This document shows, in pieces, positions 37,073 through 45,427 of a stretch of 64,000 nt of DNA. Both the position numbers and the translations under genes were made by a program. Below the pieces are notes generated by a model that was given only the letters and a program-made list of their open reading frames with translations, was not told the DNA's origin and did no database searches. Position 1 is the stretch's first letter, and every line of letters begins with the position of its first letter. Source of the DNA: an uncultured bacterium. Its GTDB lineage: Bacteria; Babelota; Babeliae; Babelales; Babelaceae. The stretch lies in the NCBI GenBank assembly GCA_963824495.1, contig CAWGPQ010000017.1:64001-128000 (forward strand), written 5' to 3'.

Positions 37073-38080
37073 ATGGCAGCTACTCGAGGGATCATTAACA
37101 ACTCTAAAACTGATCCTAATAAAATTTTACCTATGACCTATCTGTGGGCACGTGAACATTATAAAAACGGTGTAGCAAATAACTGGACGCCCGAAGAAAT
37201 ACCCATGCAACTTGACGTTGAACATTGGAAATCTCCAACATTTCTTACACCAACTGAACGACGCTTAATTCTCTGGAATCTGGGCTTTTTTGCTACAGCA
37301 GAGTCACTTACAGCAAATAACTTAGTTCTTGCTGTCTATAAGCACGTGACTAATCCTGAATGCCGCCAGTATCTCTTACGTCAAGCGTTCGAAGAAGCGA
37401 TTCATACCGACACGTTTATTTATTGTTGTGATACGTTGGGACTCAATCCTGAAGAGATTTACACCATGTATCTCACTATCCCTTCTATAAAAGAAAAAGA
37501 CGAATTTGTTGTTAACCTAACCAAATCGCTTTTTGACCCAAATTTTACTACTGAAGGTACCGTTAATATTCGCCAATTTATTCATGACCTGGTTGGCTAT
37601 TATGTTATTATGGAGGGTATCTTTTTCTATGCAGGCTTTGCTATGATGCTCGCCCTCAAGCGTCAGAACAAAATGGTTGGCGTTGGTCAGCAGTTTGAAT
37701 ATATCATGCGCGATGAAAGTATTCATCTTGCATTTGGCTGTGATCTTATTAACACAATTAATACAGAAAATCCTGCTATCTGGAATACAGAATTTCAACA
37801 AGAGATCATAACCCTCATACAAAAAGCAGTTATACTCGAAAAGCAGTATGCCTATGACGCCTGCCCTCAGGGACTGTTGGGCATTAATGCACAACAGTTT
37901 TCTGATTACGTTGAATATATCGCTGATCGCAGATTAGAACGAATTGGTCTACCTAAAGTTTACTTTAAGGAAAATCCATTCCCTTGGTTATCTCAAGCAA
38001 CCGACTTAAACAAAGAAAAGAATTTCTTCGAGACACGTGTAACAGAATATCAAACCGCCGGCTCACTTCAGTGGGATTAG
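37073..38080 (+). CDS. nrdB: Ribonucleotide reductase beta subunit, class Ic (R2c) type
   Basis: FFATAES, EEAIHTDTF, MEGIFFY, RDESIH, NFFETRVTEY. Confidence 0.95.
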   Translation: MAATRGIINNSKTDPNKILPMTYLWAREHYKNGVANNWTPEEIPMQLDVEHWKSPTFLTPTERRLILWNLGFFATAESLTANNLVLAVYKHVTNPECRQYLLRQAFEEAIHTDTFIYCCDTLGLNPEEIYTMYLTIPSIKEKDEFVVNLTKSLFDPNFTTEGTVNIRQFIHDLVGYYVIMEGIFFYAGFAMMLALKRQNKMVGVGQQFEYIMRDESIHLAFGCDLINTINTENPAIWNTEFQQEIITLIQKAVILEKQYAYDACPQGLLGINAQQFSDYVEYIADRRLERIGLPKVYFKENPFPWLSQATDLNKEKNFFETRVTEYQTAGSLQWD

Positions 38081-38098
38081 TGTAAGAAAAAGCACATT

Positions 38099-38130
38099 AT
38101 CATGCTCTTATTAATTAATAAGAGCATGAT
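38099..38130. terminator. Perfect 32-bp palindrome between convergent genes
   Basis: ATCATGCTCTTATTAATTAATAAGAGCATGAT. Confidence 0.6.
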
Positions 38131-38144
38131 AGATGATCTCTAGC

Positions 38145-38381
38145 TTACCAGCCACATCCCGCTATTTTACCCCTACTACCGCACCCTTCATCTTCATATT
38201 CTTCATGAGGTGAGTATTCTTCTTCTTGACCTTCTTCTTCGAACTCATACCCATATTCAAAGATGAGCTCTTCTATAGCATCCAATCTGTTTAAGATGTG
38301 CAAAAGCATCTTTAATTTGTGGAGCTCATTGGAGCCGCAGGAGCTAGAATTAAGTTGACCCAATCTTTTGTTTTGGCACAT
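38145..38381 (-). CDS. Small acidic hypothetical protein
   Basis: AGGAG SD; ILNRLDAIEE helix followed by a Glu/Tyr-rich tail. Confidence 0.65.
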   Translation of the reverse strand: MCQNKRLGQLNSSSCGSNELHKLKMLLHILNRLDAIEELIFEYGYEFEEEGQEEEYSPHEEYEDEGCGSRGKIAGCGW

Positions 38382-38425
38382 GGTTGTGTCTCCTTTAATT
38401 TTTCAATTTTTATATGAGTTCATGC

Positions 38426-38656
38426 TTAGCATTCATCTTCGTCTTCATCTTCATCATAATCTTCATCTTCGTCTTCATCTTCGTAACCTTCGCATTGGTT
38501 CTCGTTTTCATCTTCAGCAAAATGTTCTTCAAGAAACTCTTCAATATGTTCTAATCTATCAAGGATTTCTGCGAGGGCTTTGAGTTCCAAAAATTTTATA
38601 TAATCTTGTTTTGATCCAGCTTTACGCGCACTTGAAAGCTTTCTTTGATAATTCAT
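38426..38656 (-). CDS. Small acidic hypothetical protein, paralog of the neighbour
   Basis: AGGAG SD; ILDRLEHIEE helix, then EDEDEDEDYDEDEDEDEC. Confidence 0.7.
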   Translation of the reverse strand: MNYQRKLSSARKAGSKQDYIKFLELKALAEILDRLEHIEEFLEEHFAEDENENQCEGYEDEDEDEDYDEDEDEDEC

Positions 38657-38674
38657 AGCAATATCTCCTATTTC

Positions 38675-38911
38675 TTAATAAATAATTCTTTCATAGCCCA
38701 GGCTTCTATCCATTCCCATGTTATATGACAACGAAAAGCGAGTGACTTCTTGGTTAATGTTAATCGAATGCTGACTGTATTCTTGAGCTATACGTTTTCT
38801 TCTAAAGTAATCTTCAGCAGTGCGCATACAACCAATTTGAGCATAAAGCCCTAATGGTGCTATAAGTAATAAGCAGACCCAAGTTGATATGACAACGACC
38901 TGTATTTCCAC
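38675..38911 (-). CDS. Small exported hypothetical protein
   Basis: AGGAG SD before GTG; hydrophobic N-terminus. Confidence 0.5.
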   Translation of the reverse strand: MEIQVVVISTWVCLLLIAPLGLYAQIGCMRTAEDYFRRKRIAQEYSQHSININQEVTRFSLSYNMGMDRSLGYERIIY

Positions 38912-38964
38912 GTTTCTCCTTTCCCCTTCTTTTAACTTTTCCCCTTCGCTTGCGTGACACTAAA

Positions 38965-38992
38965 CTAGAGGGAGAAACTCTTCTCCCTCTAG
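38965..38992 (-). terminator. Hairpin terminator
   Basis: CTAGAGGGAGAA-ACTC-TTCTCCCTCTAG. Confidence 0.65.
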
Positions 38993-39005
38993 AAAATACT
39001 CATTA

Positions 39006-39371
39006 TTATCCTCCACCTGTCGCTCCCCCCGGTGATGTACCTGCTGCTCGTGCTGTCACTGTCGCCACCGGCGATAATGAAGCTGGAGCATAGGGGATTT
39101 CCGCCCGCCCGGTACCTAGACCCATGGCTTGTGCTTGTTCTTGGGTAAGTACTTGTGTTAGTGCTTGTGTAAGTGCTTGTGTAAGTGCTTCTGTGAGTGT
39201 TGGCGGCAGTGGTGTTGGCTCTTGACTTGGAATACCCCCTACGTTTATGCTTTGTGTTTGGGGAACCTCAGTTTCGGGTGTTGCCAATGAGGAACTTGTA
39301 CCACCAAAAAGCAATTGCGTGCTTATAGTGGACAAGACTGTGATTAATGGCATAATAACCCTCTTCACCAT
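39006..39371 (-). CDS. Exported Thr/Pro/Gly-rich protein with LTQA repeats
   Basis: Signal peptide; 12-nt tandem repeats at about 39140-39200. Confidence 0.65.
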   Translation of the reverse strand: MVKRVIMPLITVLSTISTQLLFGGTSSSLATPETEVPQTQSINVGGIPSQEPTPLPPTLTEALTQALTQALTQVLTQEQAQAMGLGTGRAEIPYAPASLSPVATVTARAAGTSPGGATGGG

Positions 39372-39404
39372 AATTGCCTTTACTATTGTCCGCGTAACGG
39401 TGTA

Positions 39405-39956
39405 TTAATAGTTACCCCCACCATTACCACTAGAACTACCTGCACCTATTGCACCCAAGCCCGCATTCGTCGCACTTAACCCTGCACCCAACCCTGCTTC
39501 CGCTGCACCAGCTGCTGTACCGGTCGCGGTCCATGGACGGCCATAAGAGCGCATACCCATATATTCTCTACTATATGGACCAGCATATGGTGGTTGACTT
39601 ATATATTCCCCACTGTATGGTCTTGTATATGGTGGTTGACTTATATATTCCCTACTATATGGTCCCGCATATGACTGAGCGTAGCCTGATGGTCCTGCAG
39701 ATGGTTGAGCGTAGCCTCTTTCACGATATCCTCTACCTCGATAGCCCCTGTAGCCCCTGCCCGCTTCCCTTGTGCCCCTGTAACCCATGCGACCTTCTCT
39801 CATGTCTCTGTATCGTGAATAATCTGTTCCAGCAGATCTATATGACCCACCGTCATACATGCCATAAGAGCTTCCATCTCCTACACGTGCATCAGCACTG
39901 TGCACAATAGAAAAAAGCACTGCAATAGTCATAAATTTCGAGATAAAACTTTTCAT
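39405..39956 (-). CDS. Exported Gly/Tyr/Arg-rich repeat protein
   Basis: MKSFISKFM signal (ADA), AAGGAG SD, RGY repeats, PYSREYISQPPY repeats with a 42-nt period. Confidence 0.75.
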   Translation of the reverse strand: MKSFISKFMTIAVLFSIVHSADARVGDGSSYGMYDGGSYRSAGTDYSRYRDMREGRMGYRGTREAGRGYRGYRGRGYRERGYAQPSAGPSGYAQSYAGPYSREYISQPPYTRPYSGEYISQPPYAGPYSREYMGMRSYGRPWTATGTAAGAAEAGLGAGLSATNAGLGAIGAGSSSGNGGGNY

Positions 39957-40056
39957 AAAAATCTCCTTTTAGCAAAATAACCATAAAAATAACTATGGGT
40001 AACAGTTAGGGGGTAACAGTTAGGTGCTATTACCTAACCGTTAATAACCCTAACCC

Positions 40057-40518
40057 TTAATAGGTACCAGTAGTAGTACCACTAGGACTACCATTTGTGG
40101 TCATAGCTGATTCTTCACCCACGCCAGCTGCTGTACCGGCTTGTGTGCCTGCATCAGCTTCAGGTTGGGCATAACCATACGTACCTAACTGTCCTCTACC
40201 CCAGTAGCCCCTACCCATTCCTGTTCTTCCTCGGTGTCTCCAACCTTCCAGGGTACCTCTATGTCTCCAGTGCTCCAGAGTACCTCTATGTTTCCAATGT
40301 TCTAAGGTGCCCCTGTGTCTCCAGCGGCCTCCACCCCCGCCAACCCGTTCTACATCTGCGCCAAGCTGTTCTGCACCTGTAGCTGCAGATGTTAAACCTG
40401 TTTCATCGGGTGTGAGACCCGTATCATCTTGATCTGCATCAGGCATTTGTGCATTAGCAAGCGATATAGCTGAAAGAAGTAATGTAATAGCCATGAATTT
40501 CGAAATAAGGCTTTTCAT
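40057..40518 (-). CDS. Exported low-complexity protein with W(R/K)HRGTLE repeats
   Basis: MKSLISKFM signal (ANA), AAGGAGG SD, 27-nt repeat unit at about 40229-40323. Confidence 0.75.
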   Translation of the reverse strand: MKSLISKFMAITLLLSAISLANAQMPDADQDDTGLTPDETGLTSAATGAEQLGADVERVGGGGGRWRHRGTLEHWKHRGTLEHWRHRGTLEGWRHRGRTGMGRGYWGRGQLGTYGYAQPEADAGTQAGTAAGVGEESAMTTNGSPSGTTTGTY

Positions 40519-40744
40519 AGAAACCTCCTTTAGTAACGGTGAAGATAGTCATACAAAATAATAAATACACCTAGCTGGGTTGCCATATACTCTTCCCCCT
40601 TAGAACTATAGGCTTGGTAATAAGCGACTCTTATTTATGGAGTCTATCTAATATCAATAATAATTTATTATACAAGCATAAATCAATAATTTTAATAATA
40701 GAATTTAAGATATAACAACGAGATATAACGCTACCTGTGCTCTG

Positions 40745-41077
40745 TCAAGACGAAGAAGACATACAAGGGAAAATTACGCATGTATCTAACAAACCTCTAT
40801 GAGGCCTACATATTTTTTGATTTTCATAACCTATACCTATATTTCTAGCACTCCAACGATAGTAATAACGCGTTTCGGGAGTATAGTTTCGGTAGCCATA
40901 TGTTTCGGGTGAACCAGCAATGAAAGGGTATGAACGCCTTCTCGCTCCATATCTGCCTGTATATGCGCCATTGCCCGCATACAGAGTCCCAAAACCCACT
41001 TCCAATACTATGCATAACCCTAATAGTACCATTACATTACCACTTAAACTTTTCACTCTAACCCTCGCTACTAACAA
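40745..41077 (-). CDS. Possible exported Tyr/Gly/Arg-rich small protein
   Basis: Hydrophobic segment then YTGRYGARRRSY...; start uncertain. Confidence 0.45.
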   Translation of the reverse strand: MLVARVRVKSLSGNVMVLLGLCIVLEVGFGTLYAGNGAYTGRYGARRRSYPFIAGSPETYGYRNYTPETRYYYRWSARNIGIGYENQKICRPHRGLLDTCVIFPCMSSSS

Positions 41078-41168
41078 AAATACTTATATGGTATTTTAAA
41101 TTATAACTCACGTAATAATCATAAAGCAATATTTCATATTAAGATTTAAAAATGAAGGCAGGTAATAA

Positions 41169-41208
41169 AAAGACCTCTCATATTCTGCGGCGCAGTAGAG
41201 AGGTCTTT
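41169..41208 (-). terminator. Hairpin terminator after the thioredoxin gene
   Basis: AAAGACCTCTC ... GAGAGGTCTTT. Confidence 0.6.
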
Positions 41209-41217
41209 GAGCTGTGC

Positions 41218-41697
41218 TTATTTACTATCGAAATGCTTAGCAATATGGAGGCGAAGCAGATCAGCTGACAAGGCTTTCTTTTCATCAAGCCCTACTTGCT
41301 CACCATTATTAAAATAGATCAATAGAGGCAATCCATGACCTTTGAGCTTATAGTGATTGATAAACTGACTAAATTGATCAATATTAACGGTAATAACCGT
41401 AATCCTGCCCTCGAATTCTTGAGCAATCTTTTCGAGTGCTGGTTTCAGCTGTTTACACCGTGCACAGGGAGGATTGTAGAACTCAAGAATAATCGGTTTC
41501 TTTGTAGCAATAGCGTCGGTAACAACCTTAAGGGGATCTTTAGCTTTATATTCTCGTTGTTCCATGAGTTCAGTAAGATCTTTAGCAGCTAAACTCATGG
41601 CTACCGTTAAGAGGCTTACGCTTAAAAACACCCAGGGATACTTCATAAAAGACATGCTCTCTCCTTCTGTAATGATATCTTTTAAGAATGGTAACAA
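41218..41697 (-). CDS. Exported thioredoxin-domain protein
   Basis: EFYNPPCARCK, VNID, GLP; signal peptide (true start probably near 41655). Confidence 0.85.
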   Translation of the reverse strand: MLPFLKDIITEGESMSFMKYPWVFLSVSLLTVAMSLAAKDLTELMEQREYKAKDPLKVVTDAIATKKPIILEFYNPPCARCKQLKPALEKIAQEFEGRITVITVNIDQFSQFINHYKLKGHGLPLLIYFNNGEQVGLDEKKALSADLLRLHIAKHFDSK

Positions 41698-41820
41698 TAT
41701 TCGTAAGCATACTCATTTATATAAGAAGTACAAGTAGAGCTCATGGGGAGCACAAACACGATGCGATGTTATTGATCCTTATTTTTTAACCAGTATAATC
41801 TTTAGGGTTCTACAAGAGGA

Positions 41821-42753
41821 TTGCATTACAAGAGTAGTAAAAGTATTGAGAAAATGATCCAAAGGAATAGCGTGTATTGTTACATTTTCGCCCTATGCTT
41901 ATTACTTGAACTTGTGTTCAATATCCAGAGAGTGCAAGGCGTGATTGGTCAATTTTCACCAAGGAGTGGCGGTATCACGGTATTCGACATAAAGTCGGGC
42001 AGCGAGCAAGCACTGGCAGAAAAAAATAGATTTCGTATTATTAACCAGCTTGAGTATATAACTGCACGAAATACACGAAAACTATTTACTCGACATGTAG
42101 CTTTTTTCCCTCTCACTCGTGCTTCGTACATAGCAATTGACATGCCTGTTTTGATATATGGACGCAAAGTGAGGAGAAGGGCTGGAGGTGTAGGTGATAT
42201 TCAGCTACGTTACTATTATGAAGCATATTTTAAAAAAACTGCTTACCGTAGAGCAGAAGTTGTGTTAATGGGAGGTATAGCACTTCCTACTTCTCGAGTG
42301 TGCCAAAACCCAGCTTCCGGCAATGCAACATTTGATTTTGTGGGGAATATTTATACTGGCTATAGATACTTTCTTTTTACTGGTTATACGATCGTGACCA
42401 TGGACTTCCCGCTTCCCCGTCGTCTGTTTAGGCGTGGGTATCGTGTAGGCGCAACTACTGCTTTGGGTATAAGATTAGCCAAGCGAGTGCCAAATGAAGG
42501 AAAATATGTTGCCTCCTATTTTCTTGAATTCGATTATGAGCATGGTTCCGGTGATCATTGGCGCCTGCCAAAAACATGTGATTTTGACTTCACTAGTCCC
42601 TATGATATTGTCTCAGCTGGGCCTACGATGATCATCGTGAGAGATTCTCTTGCGTTTAATTTTTCGGTTTTGGTGCCTATTTTCCAAGTTATACGTGGGC
42701 CTAACCCAAAGATTGACCTTAAAGCATTTTTGGGGGTTGAGATGCGTTTTTAA
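41821..42753 (+). CDS. Putative outer-membrane beta-barrel (MetA-pathway/SphA-like transporter)
   Basis: GGVGDIQL, GIALPT, alternating beta pattern, C-terminal Phe. Confidence 0.55.
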   Translation: MHYKSSKSIEKMIQRNSVYCYIFALCLLLELVFNIQRVQGVIGQFSPRSGGITVFDIKSGSEQALAEKNRFRIINQLEYITARNTRKLFTRHVAFFPLTRASYIAIDMPVLIYGRKVRRRAGGVGDIQLRYYYEAYFKKTAYRRAEVVLMGGIALPTSRVCQNPASGNATFDFVGNIYTGYRYFLFTGYTIVTMDFPLPRRLFRRGYRVGATTALGIRLAKRVPNEGKYVASYFLEFDYEHGSGDHWRLPKTCDFDFTSPYDIVSAGPTMIIVRDSLAFNFSVLVPIFQVIRGPNPKIDLKAFLGVEMRF

Positions 42754-42806
42754 TACATTTATTAGCTAGAAGATATCGTGTGCGATATCGTTAAAGAAAG
42801 CTTATC

Positions 42807-43895
42807 ATGAGATATAATGCTCTCTGGTTTCTTTTGATTATCTTTGCGATATATACTATTGCAGAAGGACAAACTATTGCCCGTATACTTGGTCCTGAAA
42901 AGGCCTTTGAAACTGCTGCTTTACAAGAATCTGAGTCCGATAAGGAAGTCGTACCCACGTTACCCGAGCCAGAATCAGAAGAAGAAGATATTAGGCGTTT
43001 TGGACCGCCACGATCCGTTACACGTAAATTAGGCATTGTCAATAGTATTGAATATGAACATTATAAGAACAAATCACAGATAACGCTTTTTCATAGGTTT
43101 CTCTATCATTTTCCTGATAGTAAATTTCTTATAAGATTTTACATGACTGTCGTCTTTGCAACATATGAATCGTGCTGTCGTCGTGCATTTAACGCTGATG
43201 ATTGCTTCATAAGAAGAGCAGCAGGCTTAGGAGATGTAAGTGTAATACTTGATTATGGCCTTTATAGAAAAATTACGCCCTATGTATTTAATGACTGTGG
43301 CATTAGTGGAGGCTTTTCTCTTCCAACGGCTAAATTTTCCAAAGTTCCCTCGGTAGGTCGAGCAACATGGGATTTTTTGCTTGGAGGTTACGCAGTTCAT
43401 GAGTCACGAAGCACGTTGTGCTATAGCGAGATAATTGTTGGTCTGCCTCTTACGCATATTACGCATACCCGCTTTAAACGAGGATACTACATTATAATCG
43501 ATGCTGTTGTTGGCCCAACTTTTTTTCCATATCATGATAATAGTATAGCTATGGCATATACTCTCTGGCTTGAATATGAACGTGGATCAAAAGATCATGT
43601 TCCAAAATGTATTGATGGATTGCCAACTCGAGATATCTTATTGGCTGGTCCCTTATTTCTTTGGTCTTCTAACGATGTTTATATTCAAGCAGGTATCTTA
43701 GTATCTGCATACCAGAAGCTTCACTGTACCCCCCGCTCTACCACACCTAATGTGATAAACAATGCTGTGTGCTGTGGCTTAAGGCCTTGTGATATACCGT
43801 CAACGGCTATGGGCTCTAAATCCGGCTGCCAAATACCTGGTTGCCGCAGACTCGATTTTAGGGCTATCTTTACGCTTCAGCTGCTTTTCGGCTGA
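42807..43895 (+). CDS. Putative outer-membrane beta-barrel, Cys-rich paralog
   Basis: AGLGDVSV, GFSLPT, LEYERGS and AGP motifs shared with the upstream gene; signal peptide. Confidence 0.55.
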   Translation: MRYNALWFLLIIFAIYTIAEGQTIARILGPEKAFETAALQESESDKEVVPTLPEPESEEEDIRRFGPPRSVTRKLGIVNSIEYEHYKNKSQITLFHRFLYHFPDSKFLIRFYMTVVFATYESCCRRAFNADDCFIRRAAGLGDVSVILDYGLYRKITPYVFNDCGISGGFSLPTAKFSKVPSVGRATWDFLLGGYAVHESRSTLCYSEIIVGLPLTHITHTRFKRGYYIIIDAVVGPTFFPYHDNSIAMAYTLWLEYERGSKDHVPKCIDGLPTRDILLAGPLFLWSSNDVYIQAGILVSAYQKLHCTPRSTTPNVINNAVCCGLRPCDIPSTAMGSKSGCQIPGCRRLDFRAIFTLQLLFG

Positions 43896-44020
43896 ACTTT
43901 AAAAAATCTTTAAATTGCCTTAAAAAATGTCCAACATTGAATATTGCAAATTGAAACTTTATTGTGATGTCATGGATTAGTAGGGTAACAAATATTCTTA
44001 TATAAAGAAGGAGATATGTT

Positions 44021-44515
44021 ATGAAACAACAATTTTTAATGTTCTTATCTTCATAACTAGTACTTTTTAGCTTTCTTGGTCTTGCCAACAATTATGGGGC
44101 TGAAAGTACCGTACTTAACCCTACCATAACGCTAATTAACACTACAAAGATTAGTGAATGTCCAATAAATCTCAATGCTATAGCTAGCCCACAACAGGTA
44201 GATGGTATGCCTGGCTCAACTAATGAAATTTTTATTGAAACATTAAAAGAGGGAGAAAACATTTTAGCTCTGCCTGAGGGCTATGATTTTATTTCCCTCA
44301 GTTGCTTAAGGCCAGCTCCTGCAGGATCTACTTATCTACCTGGCGCACCTGTTCCTTGGGCTGGCCCTGGAGGAATTGCCCTTTCAGCACCTACCTATAG
44401 TAGTCCTATTACAGCAGTACAACCAGGAAAAACCTACCAGTTAAAGGTTGTTGGCGAAAGCGGAAATTGGAATAATCTGGCTATTTCAGAGGTACCTAGT
44501 TCCATAAGTAGGTAA
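44021..44515 (+). pseudogene. Exported hypothetical protein with a premature stop in the signal peptide
   Basis: AGGAG SD, ATG 44021, TAA at 44054-44056; the same frame continues into ORF 44207-44515. Confidence 0.65.
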
Positions 44516-44603
44516 AATATCTTAATCTAGCCAAAATTTTGAATAACATAATGCTCTTCATGGTAATGAAGATATTAGAGTAAGCTTTAGAAGGAGTTCT
44601 TGT

Positions 44604-45080
44604 ATGAAAGTTATAGTGAAATCGATAATTTTTTTAGGTACTGTGCTATTTTTAGGCTTTATGCCGATAGTATATGGATACAAGGTAGGGGTTACTAATA
44701 ATACCAATGAAGACCTGAGAGTAACTATAGAGTCAACGCTAGCAGGATGTTCTCATACTATTGATGTAGGAGCAAATGGTGATTATAATACGATAAACCC
44801 TACTGGTGTCTGTCATAGTGCTTGTTACTCTCGTGTTAAGGCGCGCCTGAAATCAAATAATCAAGAAGTACTTAATCAATGGCTTCCTGCTGCAAAGCCA
44901 ACTAGCTCTGCCTCGATTTTCACTGCTCAACCAAGCGTGGGCGCTGCGATCGCTACACTTGGCGCTGCAACTATACCCAACGAGTGTGCATCTGTGGATC
45001 TATCGATACACAAAAGTGACTCTAAATGGTCACTTACCGTTGATAATATTTGGTCGTTTGAACAAATAGAGCCTACATGA
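44604..45080 (+). CDS. Exported hypothetical beta-rich protein with 4 Cys
   Basis: AAGGAG SD, signal peptide, VTNNTN motif. Confidence 0.7.
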   Translation: MKVIVKSIIFLGTVLFLGFMPIVYGYKVGVTNNTNEDLRVTIESTLAGCSHTIDVGANGDYNTINPTGVCHSACYSRVKARLKSNNQEVLNQWLPAAKPTSSASIFTAQPSVGAAIATLGAATIPNECASVDLSIHKSDSKWSLTVDNIWSFEQIEPT

Positions 45081-45427
45081 TTCTCATCTGCTTATAAAGG
45101 GCTGTCTTTTGTATGTGGCCTTGTTGCATAAATATCTAACCTATTTTTACTATATAAAAATAAAATTACGCAGGATCATGCAAGAAAATATCCCTCAACG
45201 CTTGTCTCTTAGCGCTAACAGTAGATAGCTTGTACTCTTTGCTTGTAATCCTCAAGGATAGTTACGCCATAGTCAATGCGGTGATCCTGTACAAACTTTA
45301 GGCTCTGTTAACCTTTGAAAGCATATATTTTTAAGTATGCTTAGGATAATCTGCTTAATTACGTATCAGTTGCTGCAACGATAGTACGGGGATATTTGCG
45401 TATGTTGAGCCCGAAGGATGTAAAAGT

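Noticed and set aside
39560..40323. 42-nt and 27-nt periodic repeats as a possible CRISPR array
   Set aside because: Periods are multiples of three, lie inside ORFs, vary synonymously, have no unique spacers, and no cas genes are present
39449..40382. Plus-strand His/Leu-rich ORFs 39449-39910 and 40143-40382
   Set aside because: Antisense to ORFs that have SD sites, signal peptides and synonymous repeat variation
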